A DNA stretch of 64,000 nt from assembly GCA_964414755.1 (NCBI GenBank), contig CAYPXH010000002.1, positions 38,696 to 102,695 on the forward strand, given 5' to 3'. This DNA is from an uncultured Rhodospirillaceae bacterium. GTDB taxonomy: Bacteria > Pseudomonadota > Alphaproteobacteria > JAEUKQ01. Of the stretch, positions 31,396-41,505 are shown in pieces; within the stretch, counting starts at the first letter, position 1, and every line of letters starts with the position of its first letter. Position numbers and translations under genes: made by a program. Below the pieces are notes generated by a model that was not told where the DNA came from, searched no databases, and saw only the letters and a program-made list of their open reading frames with translations.

Positions 31396-32091
31396 ATGGC
31401 AGATTTAATTGACCACCGCTTCTATGGTCGCCGTAAGGGACGGCGTATGCGTGTGCGGCAGCAACAGGATTTTAATCAGTTGTTGCCAAAATTTTCTTTT
31501 AATCTACCAGAAAGTAGCTTTTGCAACCCAAAGCTATTTTTTTCAAGGCCAACTAAAGATATCTGGCTTGAGATTGGATTTGGTTACGGCGAGCATTTGG
31601 CTATTTTAGCTGAATGCAATCCTGATATTGGGTTTATTGGATGTGAAGTTTTTGAAAATGGTATTGGTCATCTTCTGTCCGCGATTGCAGAAAAGAATAT
31701 GGAAAACATTCGTATTTTTCCGCAACCAGCCCAACCATTGTTACAGCGGTTGCCAGATCAATCAATAGGGCGGATATTTTTACTTTTTCCTGATCCTTGG
31801 CCTAAAAAAAGGCACGCTCGCAGGCGCTTTGTCCAACCTGAAACTATCGAATTACTGGGCCGCATCTTAAAGGATGGCGGGGAATTGCGCATGGCAAGCG
31901 ATGATCCTGGGTTGATTACCTGGATTACTGAGCACATGATGCGCAGCCAAAATTTCCGTTGGCTTGCTGACTCTGCTGGTGACTGGCTAGCTCGGCCAGC
32001 CGACTGGCCGTCAAGTCGATATGAAGAGAAGGCAATTAACAAAGGAATACAACCGGTCTATTGGCGTTTTGAACGATTATCTCGGATTTGA
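31396..32091 (+). CDS. trmB: tRNA (guanine46-N7)-methyltransferase TrmB
   Basis: 231 aa. SAM-MTase fold with FPDPWPKKRH motif diagnostic of TrmB. Confidence 0.85.
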   Translation: MADLIDHRFYGRRKGRRMRVRQQQDFNQLLPKFSFNLPESSFCNPKLFFSRPTKDIWLEIGFGYGEHLAILAECNPDIGFIGCEVFENGIGHLLSAIAEKNMENIRIFPQPAQPLLQRLPDQSIGRIFLLFPDPWPKKRHARRRFVQPETIELLGRILKDGGELRMASDDPGLITWITEHMMRSQNFRWLADSAGDWLARPADWPSSRYEEKAINKGIQPVYWRFERLSRI

Positions 32092-32159
32092 TCGCTACCC
32101 TTGTGTTAACGGCTTGCACAAGAAAAAAGCGTATTAAGGAATAGTTGTTTAGCTCAAAA

Positions 32160-32726
32160 CTAGTCTCTTGAAGAAACTGAAGTCAATACAAGGGATTGAT
32201 AGTGGGGTGGTGGAGATTTTATACCTTTGAATAAAAACTCTTTGCTTTCGTCCCAATTAACACCGCTCTCAAAATAACATATTAATCTCTTCTTTAGTTT
32301 ACCGGGATCACCAATCATTCCTGCAAGTTCTATAAGATCAAGATCCTGATTAATATTCAAGCCAGCTTTGATAACAGGTTCTGGTAAAAGACGGGACGCT
32401 GGATGATGTTCTATTAAATTAGCCCCGTAACGTCCTGGCTCAATGATGGGGCTTAGTATTTTATTAGGAAGAGGGCGTAAGTTTGGCAGAACATCTGAAG
32501 ACCGCATTCTCGCAATCATGAGGGGGCGAAATTTCTGAGGGGCAGCTACGGCACAAAAAAGCTGTTCGGTTTTGTTAAGATCAATTCCTTCAAATTTTTC
32601 AAAGGCACTTTTAATATTAAAGAACTCCATCAAAGTAGGAGTACGAAGCTGTGTTAAAGTGAAAAGATCATCTTTTAATTTTAGTGAAAGAACTAAATTA
32701 TCACGATAAACTAACCTCTTTAGCAA
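32160..32726 (-). CDS. Hypothetical protein (no recognisable family), first gene of AT-rich islet
   Basis: 188-aa ORF in a markedly AT-rich segment. No motif I can assign. Confidence 0.35.
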   Translation of the reverse strand: MLKRLVYRDNLVLSLKLKDDLFTLTQLRTPTLMEFFNIKSAFEKFEGIDLNKTEQLFCAVAAPQKFRPLMIARMRSSDVLPNLRPLPNKILSPIIEPGRYGANLIEHHPASRLLPEPVIKAGLNINQDLDLIELAGMIGDPGKLKKRLICYFESGVNWDESKEFLFKGIKSPPPHYQSLVLTSVSSRD

Positions 32727-33090
32727 GAATTACTCCTAGCTTCTGTTACGGATAGTAAAAAGAAAAACGACCTAATTCGCCACATGGTTTGTTTAAGCCC
32801 ATTAAACTTAAGGGTTATGATTCTACCCAGCAGTTCGTGCTCAATAGATAAAAATTTACAGGCTGGTTTAAAAAGGTTATACCTACCCGAATTTACACAA
32901 ATAGCTAATAAATTGATCTTCAAGCCCACTCTTGCGTGCTATCACTAGGAATACCGCTAATCAAGACAATTATAGTTTATTAGCCATTTAATCACCCAAA
33001 ACTTGTTACCACAAAATTAAATTTTTCTACCTAGAATCCCGTTGATGGAACGGAACATATTGTAATGATGGGTTCAAAACAATGTACGCA

Positions 33091-33324
33091 TCACTTAAGA
33101 TATAAATTTTGACCCACATACCAACCAGTCATCATATCCAGAATGTTTCCTAATATAGCTATTTCTTTCTCGTTATCTTGTTCAGATAAGCTATTCATAT
33201 ACTGGTAAAAATTTTGGATAATTTCTTCTTTAGGGATGCCTTTAGCGTTTAATGCTTTGACGATCATCCTAAGGCGTAGGGTAGGGTTCTTGCTTTTAAG
33301 AGCTTTAGATATTAGATCTTTCAT
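33091..33324 (-). CDS. Small hypothetical protein (77 aa), translationally coupled to upstream 224-aa gene
   Basis: ATGA 4-nt overlap with the 33321..33995 ORF. Charged helical peptide in the AT-rich islet. Confidence 0.3.
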   Translation of the reverse strand: MKDLISKALKSKNPTLRLRMIVKALNAKGIPKEEIIQNFYQYMNSLSEQDNEKEIAILGNILDMMTGWYVGQNLYLK

Positions 33325-33995
33325 GAAAAAAGATTTTCTTTAAGAGGATTCAAAAGAGAAGCCTGTTTTTTTATGTCAACCAGCATTTGATATTTTTTCG
33401 GGAACTGGGTTTGAAAAGTGAGAATACCTTTTTTTGAAAGCTTATCTTCTTCAAAAGCCCAGCTTAAAACGTATTCAGCTATAAACCTATTTCGGTTTAT
33501 ACCGCAAGGGATTAATTGTTGACAATTATACTTCTTGTCTAAGCGCTGTAATAGTTTTTTTGCTAAAACCCGCAATGGCCAGTCGATCCAATTATTATAA
33601 CCCTTGGTCACTAAAATAAGTTTTCGTGAACGAATTATTTTGATTAACGTTACTTCGTTAACATTCGGGTGGGCTACAAAATATTCTAGAAAATTTTCAA
33701 TATTAAAGCTTCTTTGTTTTCTTAGTAAAAAGATTAGATCAGAAATTTTAACAAGTGATTTCTTAATAATCACTTCAATAAAATTCTTAGCTTCAATCAA
33801 GCACCTTCTGGGTTCACTATCAGTGTATATAATGCTTATAGCATAGCAGAAAATTTCTCGAAAGGTTCGTCGTTGATTTTTCCAAATACATTCAATTGTT
33901 GAGGTATCTTTATGATATTCTACAAGATATTTGGAAAATTTAGTACAACCCATTTTGCTTTTAAATTTTTTGTAAGTTACAAGCGTGATCGACAT
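33321..33995 (-). CDS. Hypothetical protein (224 aa), AT-rich islet
   Basis: Long ORF in ~30% GC DNA, same strand as neighbours. No recognisable motifs. Confidence 0.35.
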   Translation of the reverse strand: MSITLVTYKKFKSKMGCTKFSKYLVEYHKDTSTIECIWKNQRRTFREIFCYAISIIYTDSEPRRCLIEAKNFIEVIIKKSLVKISDLIFLLRKQRSFNIENFLEYFVAHPNVNEVTLIKIIRSRKLILVTKGYNNWIDWPLRVLAKKLLQRLDKKYNCQQLIPCGINRNRFIAEYVLSWAFEEDKLSKKGILTFQTQFPKKYQMLVDIKKQASLLNPLKENLFS

Positions 33996-34235
33996 ATTAA
34001 AGAATATGTTCTTATGATGGCAAGTAAATCATATTAACTTGTTTTTTCATAAAGTTTTTTAATCTAGATAATAATAGATTATTTGGATGAGTGGCTAAAC
34101 CCATGCTTTTGGCAAGAGAGTTTGGTAAATTTTTACCAACTTTACTAATGATAGGTAAGATAATGATTGAATATCTAATTCTTCTGCACAACATGTATTC
34201 TGAATAATCTAGATGACCCCCATTTTATCAAATCG

Positions 34236-34751
34236 CTATGTCGATCGGAATAATTTTTGCATCTCTTTTAGGTTTTGCATATTAATAGATTTATCTATTC
34301 CCAAATGCTTCACTTTTAGTGACCAATTCTGATTATAAAACCTAATATCAACATCTGTAAAAAATAATCCACTTTCACCAAATACAACATGCGCGTCCGA
34401 TAAAGAAGATGCCCACTGGTTTTTAATTGCAGGGTTATTCAGAGAAACAAATTGGGTTAATAAAATCCGCTGGTTGGTAACAGAAAGAACATAATTGGTG
34501 GTGCTATGAATAAACCATAAACCCAAAAGCGAGCAAATAGAGGTAAGAAAAGCGATAATTGCTGTAAAATTTCGACTGTTCTTTACGGAAATAGCTACAA
34601 CGACGATAAATAGTATTAAAAACAAATTAACTATCGGTGGAACAGGTTGTTTGGTTGTTAATAGTGCATATTTTATCTTTTCTTCGGGCTGAAGTACCAC
34701 ATCAGATAAAACCTTTTGTGCAACAGCTGGGTATGGTAAAATCATCAACAA
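34236..34751 (-). CDS. Membrane protein with bacterial PH domain (bPH_2 / YdbS-like)
   Basis: 171 aa. Two N-terminal TM helices, then a beta-rich domain with YVLSVTNQRILL, resembling the Y-x-x-T-x-x-R core of bPH_2 domains. Confidence 0.45.
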   Translation of the reverse strand: MLMILPYPAVAQKVLSDVVLQPEEKIKYALLTTKQPVPPIVNLFLILFIVVVAISVKNSRNFTAIIAFLTSICSLLGLWFIHSTTNYVLSVTNQRILLTQFVSLNNPAIKNQWASSLSDAHVVFGESGLFFTDVDIRFYNQNWSLKVKHLGIDKSINMQNLKEMQKLFRST

Positions 34752-34860
34752 TGTTCCATTATAGCTAGTAACAGAGCTTGTAATATAAGTGCAAAGTGCA
34801 CAGACGCAATGTATTTGTTCTTGATGGAAAATGATAAATAAATGCTGAATTTAAATAAAT

Positions 34861-34947
34861 TCTTGCCAAGGCCTAACGCGTGTGATATCATCCCACACGA
34901 AATCATCCTTACCACAAAGGGTGGGCCTGGTGCCCGCCCTTTTTGTT
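34861..34947 (+). ncRNA. Candidate small RNA: 5-bp hairpin (GTGTG..CACAC) plus strong intrinsic terminator, upstream of rimP
   Basis: Hairpin at 34880-34899. Then GGGTGGGC-ctggt-GCCCGCCC stem-loop (one G.U pair) followed by TTTTTGTT at 34919-34947. No ORF on this strand. Confidence 0.25.
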
Positions 34948-35000
34948 AGGTGCTATTAGTCAAAACTTTTTGTCTTTAGTGACAGCGGAATTTGTAACGT

Positions 35001-35558
35001 TTGAGAATGAATAATATAGAGACGGTTCAAAAATTATTGGAAACCCCGTTGCAAGAACGGGGGTACGATTTGGTAATGGTCAAATGGTTGCAAGGTAATC
35101 CAGCTGTTTTGCAAATTATGGCAGAGCGCCAAAGTGGTATGTCGCTAACACTTGATGACTGTGTCTTGCTAAATAATCTTGTTTCAACCCTTTTGGATGT
35201 TCACGATACAGTACCCCACGCATATCAGCTTGAGGTTGGATCACCAGGAATTGACCGGCCATTAGTAAAGAAACAGGATTTTCAACGTTTTGTTGGCAAG
35301 GAGGCTTTTGTTGAAGTAGCCTTGCCGGAAAATAAGACAAAAAGATTGACAGGGATTTTAGCTGGAGTACATGAAGAAAAAATTTTATTAAGGGTTGATG
35401 CCCTGGAAGAAGTTCTCGAGCTGCCTTATTCGGGAATTCGTCAAGCCCATCTGCGGTTGGAAAAAAACTTGTGGTCAGCAGGTAAAAAAAATCGAGCAGC
35501 AACCAAAAGAATCAGCCGCCAACAACCAGAGAACCAAAAAAAGAAAGTTTCAAATTAG
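35001..35558 (+). CDS. rimP: Ribosome maturation factor RimP
   Basis: 185 aa. Conserved rimP-nusA-infB order. N-terminal RimP fold with basic C-terminal tail. Confidence 0.85.
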   Translation: MRMNNIETVQKLLETPLQERGYDLVMVKWLQGNPAVLQIMAERQSGMSLTLDDCVLLNNLVSTLLDVHDTVPHAYQLEVGSPGIDRPLVKKQDFQRFVGKEAFVEVALPENKTKRLTGILAGVHEEKILLRVDALEEVLELPYSGIRQAHLRLEKNLWSAGKKNRAATKRISRQQPENQKKKVSN

Positions 35559-35567
35559 GATACAAAA

Positions 35568-37091
35568 ATGCCAACGCTTTCAAATATTCAACGCCATGAA
35601 TTGTTACAAGTTGCCGATGCAGTTGCGCGGGAAAAAAATATTAACCGTGAAGAAATTTTAATGGCCATGGAAATGGCTATTCAGAAAGCTGGCAAGGCCA
35701 AGTATGGCAACGACCACGATATTCGTACAAAAATTGATCGTCGAACGGGTGAGGTGAAACTTTTCCGCTATTTACAAGTTGTTGATAATGTCGAGAATGA
35801 AGTAACGCAAATTTCGCTTCCTGAAGCAGAAAAACAACAGCCAGGGGCCAAGTTGGGTGATTTTTTAACCGAAGAGTTACCACCAATTGATTTAGGACGA
35901 ATATCTGCACAAACCGCAAAGCAGGTTATTGTTCAGAAGGTTCGTGAGGTTGAACGCCAGCATGAATACGAGGAATACAAAGATCGTAAGGGGGAAATTA
36001 TCAATGGGGTTGTGCGCCGTGTTGAGTTTGGTAATGTAACTATCGAACTTGGCAAAGCCGAAGCGATGTTGCGGCGTGACATGATGCTTCCCAGGGAAAC
36101 GTTCCGGCCTGGTGACCGCGTACGCGCCCTGATAGCTGACGTGCGATCAGACAGCAAGGGTTCGCAAATCGTTTTATCAAGGACTAGCCCAGAGTTTATG
36201 GCCAAGCTGTTTACCCAGGAAGTTCCAGAAATATACAACAAAATTATTGAAATTAAATCGGTCGCCCGTGATCCAGGTAGTCGGGCAAAGATGGCGGTTT
36301 ATTCACGCGACAGTAATATTGATCCGGTTGGTGCTTGTGTTGGGATTCGCGGCAGTCGTGTGCAAGCAATTGTTAACGAACTCCAGGGCGAGAAGGTAGA
36401 CATTGTTCCTTGGTCATCTGATCAGGCAACCTTTGTTGTCAATTCGTTGGCTCCAGCTGAGGTAAGTAAAGTTGTTTTGGATGAGGAAACAAAGAGAATT
36501 GAGGTAGTTGTTCCAGATGAACAACTAAGCCTGGCAATTGGCCGAAAAGGTCAAAATGTTAGATTAGCCAGCGAGCTTACTGGCTGGGAAATTGATATTT
36601 TAACAGAAGCCGCTGAGTCTGAACGTCGTGCCCAAGAATTCAAGAATGTTTCCCAGGTTTTTGTTGATGCGCTTGACATCGATGAGGTCATTGCGCATTT
36701 GTTGATTACGGAAGGTTTTACCAAAGTTGAAGAAGTAGCTTATGTCGGTCTTGATGAGCTGGAAAAAATAGAGGGCTTTGATCAAGATTTGGCACAACAA
36801 TTACAAGAACGCGCCAAAAACTACATTCAACAGCAGCAGCAGCAGCAAGCATCTCGTTGGCAGGATTTAGGTGTTGATAGTATGTTGGCGGATGTCCCAG
36901 GTCTTACACCAGAGTTATTGGTCACCCTAGGTGAGCAGGGTGTCAAAACTTTGCAAGATTTTGCCGACTTATCAAGTGACGAACTTATTAGTTCCGAAGA
37001 TGGGTTGTTGAGAAAGCATAAGCTTAATTTGGCAAGCGCTGATCAAATGATTATGGCGGCACGTCATATGCTTGATAAGGTGAAAAAATAG
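35568..37091 (+). CDS. nusA: Transcription termination/antitermination factor NusA
   Basis: 507 aa. N-terminal domain, S1, KH1/KH2 (GACVGIRGSRVQAIVNELQGEKVDIV), C-terminal acidic repeats. Contains a (CAG)6 poly-Gln tract. Confidence 0.95.
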   Translation: MPTLSNIQRHELLQVADAVAREKNINREEILMAMEMAIQKAGKAKYGNDHDIRTKIDRRTGEVKLFRYLQVVDNVENEVTQISLPEAEKQQPGAKLGDFLTEELPPIDLGRISAQTAKQVIVQKVREVERQHEYEEYKDRKGEIINGVVRRVEFGNVTIELGKAEAMLRRDMMLPRETFRPGDRVRALIADVRSDSKGSQIVLSRTSPEFMAKLFTQEVPEIYNKIIEIKSVARDPGSRAKMAVYSRDSNIDPVGACVGIRGSRVQAIVNELQGEKVDIVPWSSDQATFVVNSLAPAEVSKVVLDEETKRIEVVVPDEQLSLAIGRKGQNVRLASELTGWEIDILTEAAESERRAQEFKNVSQVFVDALDIDEVIAHLLITEGFTKVEEVAYVGLDELEKIEGFDQDLAQQLQERAKNYIQQQQQQQASRWQDLGVDSMLADVPGLTPELLVTLGEQGVKTLQDFADLSSDELISSEDGLLRKHKLNLASADQMIMAARHMLDKVKK

Positions 37092-37142
37092 GTTTTTATC
37101 TGAACTGTAATGAATATATGATGAACAAGGGTTTCCCACAAT

Positions 37143-39800
37143 ATGACCACGAACAACGATCCATCTTTAGGTAAAAAGACTCTTGGTTTATCCTCAGGCG
37201 GTAAGTTAGAGCTTAAAAAAACAGTTGACATGGGCCAAGTTCGCCAAAGCTTTTCTCATGGCCGCAGCAAGACGGTAACAGTGGAAGTAAAACGTCGCAG
37301 GATTTTGCCAACCGAAACTCTTGGTACACCATCAGCTACTGAAACACCAGTTAAGTTAGCCGAGCAATTGACCGATGTGGAGGGACACCATCATCTGACA
37401 GCAGAAGAGCGTGCTATACGCACCAAAGTCATCGAAGAGGCGCGTAAAGAGGAAGAAAGAAAAGCAATTGAACAGCAACGTCAACGCGAAATAGAGCAAA
37501 AACTTGCCGAAGAACAGGCAAAAGCTGCTGAACAATTGAAATTGCAGCGTGCTGAGGAAGAAAAAGCACACAAAGCCATTGCCTTAACTGAAAAACCTGC
37601 CTCTTTAGTATCTCAGACAGAGCCGGATCGTGTATTTACGGCTAAAGGCAAGGAACAACAAGTATCCGAAGTTAAGCCAGCGGTTGTTGCGCAACCAGCA
37701 AATAAATCAGTACCAGTCAGTGGAGACGTTAAAAAAACCAAAGAAAAAGAGAAGCAGCCAATTAAAGGAAATACGGCGAAATTTTCTTATGACGAAGACG
37801 GTGATGACGAGCCTGTTTCAGCTAGAAAGCCAGGAAAAGCGGTTCCATCTGCGCCGATTAGCGAACTACGTAAAAACACCCCTTCTAAATGGCGTGGGGG
37901 CAAGATAACGATTGATCAGGCCTTAGATGATGAAGAGAAGGTTCGCGTGCGCAGTCAGGCTTCTATTCGTCGGGCGCGTGAGAAAGAGAAACAAAAGTTT
38001 CTTAAGGAAAATCAACCCGAAGCTACAAAAATTATTCGGGAAGTTGTTTTACCAGAAACAATTTCGGTGCAGGAATTATCAAACCGTATGGCGGAGAGAA
38101 GCGCTGATGTTATTAAGACACTTATGAAAATGGGAATGTTAGTTACATTAAATCAGATTATTGATGCCGATACAGCCGAGCTAGTTGTTAGTGAATTTGG
38201 TCATCGTGTTAAGCGTGTTAAGGAATCAGACAGTTTCCTAGTTGATGTCTTGGCGGAAGATTCAAGCAGCCAGTTACATCCGCGTCCCCCCGTTGTAACT
38301 GTTATGGGGCATGTTGATCACGGTAAAACCTCGTTGCTTGATGCCTTGCGTTCAACCGATGTTGCCTCGGGCGAGGCGGGCGGTATCACCCAACACATCG
38401 GTGCATACCAAGTAACAAGGCCGTCTGGCCAAAAAATAACTTTTATTGACACACCTGGTCATGCTGCATTCTCTGAAATGCGCGCCCGCGGTGCCAATGT
38501 AACAGACCTTGTTGTGCTTGTTGTGGCGGCTGATGATGGGATCATGCAGCAAACAATCGAGGCTATTAACCATGCCCAGGCTGCAAAGGTGCCGATTGTT
38601 GTTGCCGTTAATAAGATTGATAAACCCCAAGCCGATCCTACGAAAGTTCGGCGTGAATTGCTTAATCATGGGCTTGTTGTTGAAGAATTAGGTGGTGAAG
38701 TACTTGCAGTGGACGTTTCAGCTAAAGCCAAACTCAATCTTGAAAAGCTGGAAGAAGCAATATTACTACAAGCTGAAATTCTTGACTTAAAATCAAATCC
38801 ACATAGACCCGCGACCGGTACGGTTATAGAAGCTAGGCTCGAGCGGGGACGTGGTTCTGTGGCAACCTTTTTGGTTCAGCGAGGTACATTAAAGGTTGGC
38901 GATATTCTTGTTGCGGGTAATGAGTGGGGGCGGGTGCGTGCTCTGCATGATCATTATGGTCATCAGTTAAAAGAAGCTGGTCCATCAACCCCGGTTGAAG
39001 TTTTAGGGTTACAGGGGACGCCAATGGCCGGTAATCAGTTTGTTGTCGTTGAAAGTGAAAATAAGGCGCGTGAGGTTAGTGAAACGCGTCAGCGCAAAAG
39101 TCGCGAAATGCAAGTTGCTGCTGCTTTGGGTAAGCGCGGTAATATCGAGCAAATGCTATCAAAGGCGGCTGACAGTAATCTGCGTGAATTAGCGGTTATT
39201 CTGAAGTCTGATGTTCAAGGGTCATTGGAGGCTTTAAGCAATAGTCTCAATAAATTAAATACAAACGAGGTTGCGGTTCGAATTCTGCACGCTGCCGTTG
39301 GTGGAATTAATGAATCGGATGTTACCTTGGCCCGTGCCTCTGGCGCGATTATTGTGGGATTTAATGTCAGAGCTAACCCCTTAGCGCGTGAAATTGCCCG
39401 TCGTGATGCTATTGATATCAAATATTATTCGATCATCTATAACGTTATTGATGATGTAAAAGCCATACTGGGCGGACTTTTGGCACCAACCTTGCAAGAA
39501 AAATTCTTGGGCTACGCCGAAATCCGCGAGGTTTTCTCGGTACCAGGTTTTGGCAAAGTTGCTGGTTGTATGGTTACCGAGGGGATCGTCAAGCGCGGCG
39601 CCAAGGTTCGTTTGTTGCGGGATAACGTTGTGATTTATCAGGGTAATTTGCAAAGCTTGCGGCGATTTAAGGATGAAGTTCGCGAGGTTAAAGAGGGCTA
39701 TGAGTGCGGTATGGCATTTGATAATTATCAAGATATTTCGAAAAGTGATGTTGTTGAGTGCTACGAAATTGAACAAATAGCCAGAACTTTGGCAAGTTGA
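37143..39800 (+). CDS. infB: Translation initiation factor IF-2
   Basis: 885 aa. Lys/Glu-rich N-terminal region. G domain ([21 protein letters not shown]). C-terminal beta-barrels. Confidence 0.95.
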   Translation: MTTNNDPSLGKKTLGLSSGGKLELKKTVDMGQVRQSFSHGRSKTVTVEVKRRRILPTETLGTPSATETPVKLAEQLTDVEGHHHLTAEERAIRTKVIEEARKEEERKAIEQQRQREIEQKLAEEQAKAAEQLKLQRAEEEKAHKAIALTEKPASLVSQTEPDRVFTAKGKEQQVSEVKPAVVAQPANKSVPVSGDVKKTKEKEKQPIKGNTAKFSYDEDGDDEPVSARKPGKAVPSAPISELRKNTPSKWRGGKITIDQALDDEEKVRVRSQASIRRAREKEKQKFLKENQPEATKIIREVVLPETISVQELSNRMAERSADVIKTLMKMGMLVTLNQIIDADTAELVVSEFGHRVKRVKESDSFLVDVLAEDSSSQLHPRPPVVTVMGHVDHGKTSLLDALRSTDVASGEAGGITQHIGAYQVTRPSGQKITFIDTPGHAAFSEMRARGANVTDLVVLVVAADDGIMQQTIEAINHAQAAKVPIVVAVNKIDKPQADPTKVRRELLNHGLVVEELGGEVLAVDVSAKAKLNLEKLEEAILLQAEILDLKSNPHRPATGTVIEARLERGRGSVATFLVQRGTLKVGDILVAGNEWGRVRALHDHYGHQLKEAGPSTPVEVLGLQGTPMAGNQFVVVESENKAREVSETRQRKSREMQVAAALGKRGNIEQMLSKAADSNLRELAVILKSDVQGSLEALSNSLNKLNTNEVAVRILHAAVGGINESDVTLARASGAIIVGFNVRANPLAREIARRDAIDIKYYSIIYNVIDDVKAILGGLLAPTLQEKFLGYAEIREVFSVPGFGKVAGCMVTEGIVKRGAKVRLLRDNVVIYQGNLQSLRRFKDEVREVKEGYECGMAFDNYQDISKSDVVECYEIEQIARTLAS

Positions 39801-39815
39801 TACAAGAGGTTCTCG

Positions 39816-40205
39816 GTGAGTGTAGTGGAATTAAGTCAACGACAATTACAAGTTGGACACGAGATTAGGCGCTTGTTGATGGATGTTTTTATAAAGCAAC
39901 AACTGCGAGACCCCGATTTGTATAATGTAAGCATAACCGTAACAGAGGTACGCGTTACACCAGATTTACGTGAAGCAACGGCCTTTGTATTGCCATTGGG
40001 TGGCAAGGATCTGGAACAGGTTCTTCGTGGGTTAAAGCGAGCATCTGGGTTTTTCAGAACATATTTGGCCCACCATTTGAAGTTGCGTGTCGCACCAATT
40101 GTTCATTTTCGGCCTGATCATTCTTTTGATTATGCTAGTCACATTCAAAAGGTTTTGACAAAAGTTCAGGAAGCAGATCGTGGTCGCGGTGATCTCCAGG
40201 GCTGA
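39816..40205 (+). CDS. rbfA: Ribosome-binding factor A
   Basis: 129 aa. KH-like RbfA signature (VTEVRVTPDLREATAF). Position after infB. Confidence 0.85.
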   Translation: MSVVELSQRQLQVGHEIRRLLMDVFIKQQLRDPDLYNVSITVTEVRVTPDLREATAFVLPLGGKDLEQVLRGLKRASGFFRTYLAHHLKLRVAPIVHFRPDHSFDYASHIQKVLTKVQEADRGRGDLQG

Positions 40206-41187
40206 AAAAATTACAAGCCAACCTAATAGCGGGTGGTTAAACCTTGATAAGCCGGCTGGATTATCTTCAGCCCAGCTGTTGACAAAGGTTAAACGGCTAT
40301 TATCAATTAAAAAACTTGGCCATGCAGGAACATTAGATCCATTCGCCAGTGGTGTATTGCCCGTTGCGGTTGGAGAAGCAACCAAATTAATGCCTTATAT
40401 CGTTGATCAGGAAAAAGAATACCGTTTTACCGTTAGTTGGGGTATTAACACAGACACGGATGATATAACCGGACGGATAATTTCCCAGCATCAATTTATG
40501 CCTTCCCAACAAGCTGTTGAAAAGGTTGTTCAACATTTTGTTGGCGATATTCAGCAAGTACCACCGATTTATAGTGCTCTTAAAATAAATGGTCAGCGGT
40601 CTTATAGGTTGGCGCGTGCCCATCAACCTATCGAATCATTAAAGTCCAGATTGGTTCGTGTGTTTAAACTTGAAATATTATCTCATACAGAGGGGGAAAC
40701 ATCATTTTTTCTGTGCTGTGGCAAGGGAACATATGTCCGTAGTTTGGCGCGTGATATGGGTAGAAATCTTGGAACAGGTGGCTGTGTAAAAAGTTTGCGG
40801 CGCTTGCGAGTTGGAATCTTTAAAGACATTGAGTCGATTTCGCTGGAAACTCTAAAAAATATCGGGCATATTATTTCATCCTCAGGGGCAGGGGTTGATT
40901 TTCTTCGGCCATTGCACACAGGTCTGGACGACATCCCGGTGGTGTGCATTACTAGCAAAGAATATCAAGATTTGCGCTGTGGGAAGCCCGTTTTGTTGAC
41001 TGCAGAACGTTATGACCATAACGTTTCCGGCTTTCGTGACGGCTTTGTGCCAACACTCCAGGCAAGGGTTCAGGATCGCCTTGTTGCGATTACATCTTTT
41101 GTTCAGGGGTATTTAAAATCAACACGTGTATTAAACATAAATTTTGAAGAAAGGAATAGGATCGATGTCGATCAATCAAGAACGTAA
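40180..41187 (+). CDS. truB: tRNA pseudouridine(55) synthase TruB
   Basis: [13 protein letters not shown]. Catalytic-Asp motif [13 protein letters not shown]. Overlaps rbfA at the start and rpsO at the end. Confidence 0.85.
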   Translation: MVAVISRAEKITSQPNSGWLNLDKPAGLSSAQLLTKVKRLLSIKKLGHAGTLDPFASGVLPVAVGEATKLMPYIVDQEKEYRFTVSWGINTDTDDITGRIISQHQFMPSQQAVEKVVQHFVGDIQQVPPIYSALKINGQRSYRLARAHQPIESLKSRLVRVFKLEILSHTEGETSFFLCCGKGTYVRSLARDMGRNLGTGGCVKSLRRLRVGIFKDIESISLETLKNIGHIISSSGAGVDFLRPLHTGLDDIPVVCITSKEYQDLRCGKPVLLTAERYDHNVSGFRDGFVPTLQARVQDRLVAITSFVQGYLKSTRVLNINFEERNRIDVDQSRT

Positions 41188-41434
41188 ACAGGAAATTATT
41201 CAGGAACATGCTCGTTCAAAGCAAGATACTGGCTCACCAGAAGTTCAGGTTGCTTTGCTTAGCGAAAGAATCAACAGTCTGACGGAACACTTAAAATCAC
41301 ATCAAAAAGATTTCAGTTCACGGCGTGGACTTCTGATTATGGTAGGGCAGCGTCGCAGGCTGCTTGATTATTTGAAAAGAAAAGACTTAGCAAAATACCA
41401 AGATATCGTTAAAAAGCTTGGGCTGCGGCGTTAG
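41165..41434 (+). CDS. rpsO: 30S ribosomal protein S15
   Basis: 89 aa from ATG 41165 ([15 protein letters not shown]...), the canonical S15 N-terminus. Confidence 0.9.
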   Translation: MSINQERKQEIIQEHARSKQDTGSPEVQVALLSERINSLTEHLKSHQKDFSSRRGLLIMVGQRRRLLDYLKRKDLAKYQDIVKKLGLRR

Positions 41435-41505
41435 GTAATTTTCCAGGTAACAGGTATGCTCGGGGCCTGTTGATTGGAGTAAATCATGAAAGGTTATAGT
41501 ACAAA

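Noticed and set aside
32095-32140. Hairpin CTTGTG...CACAAG after trmB as a terminator
   Set aside because: The stem is followed by an A-tract, not a U-tract, on the plus strand, and the loop is long (about 11 nt). It is not a convincing intrinsic terminator for either strand.
36829-36846. (CAG)6 trinucleotide repeat
   Set aside because: It lies in frame inside nusA and encodes a poly-Gln linker in the C-terminal acidic region. It is a coding low-complexity tract, not a repeat element.
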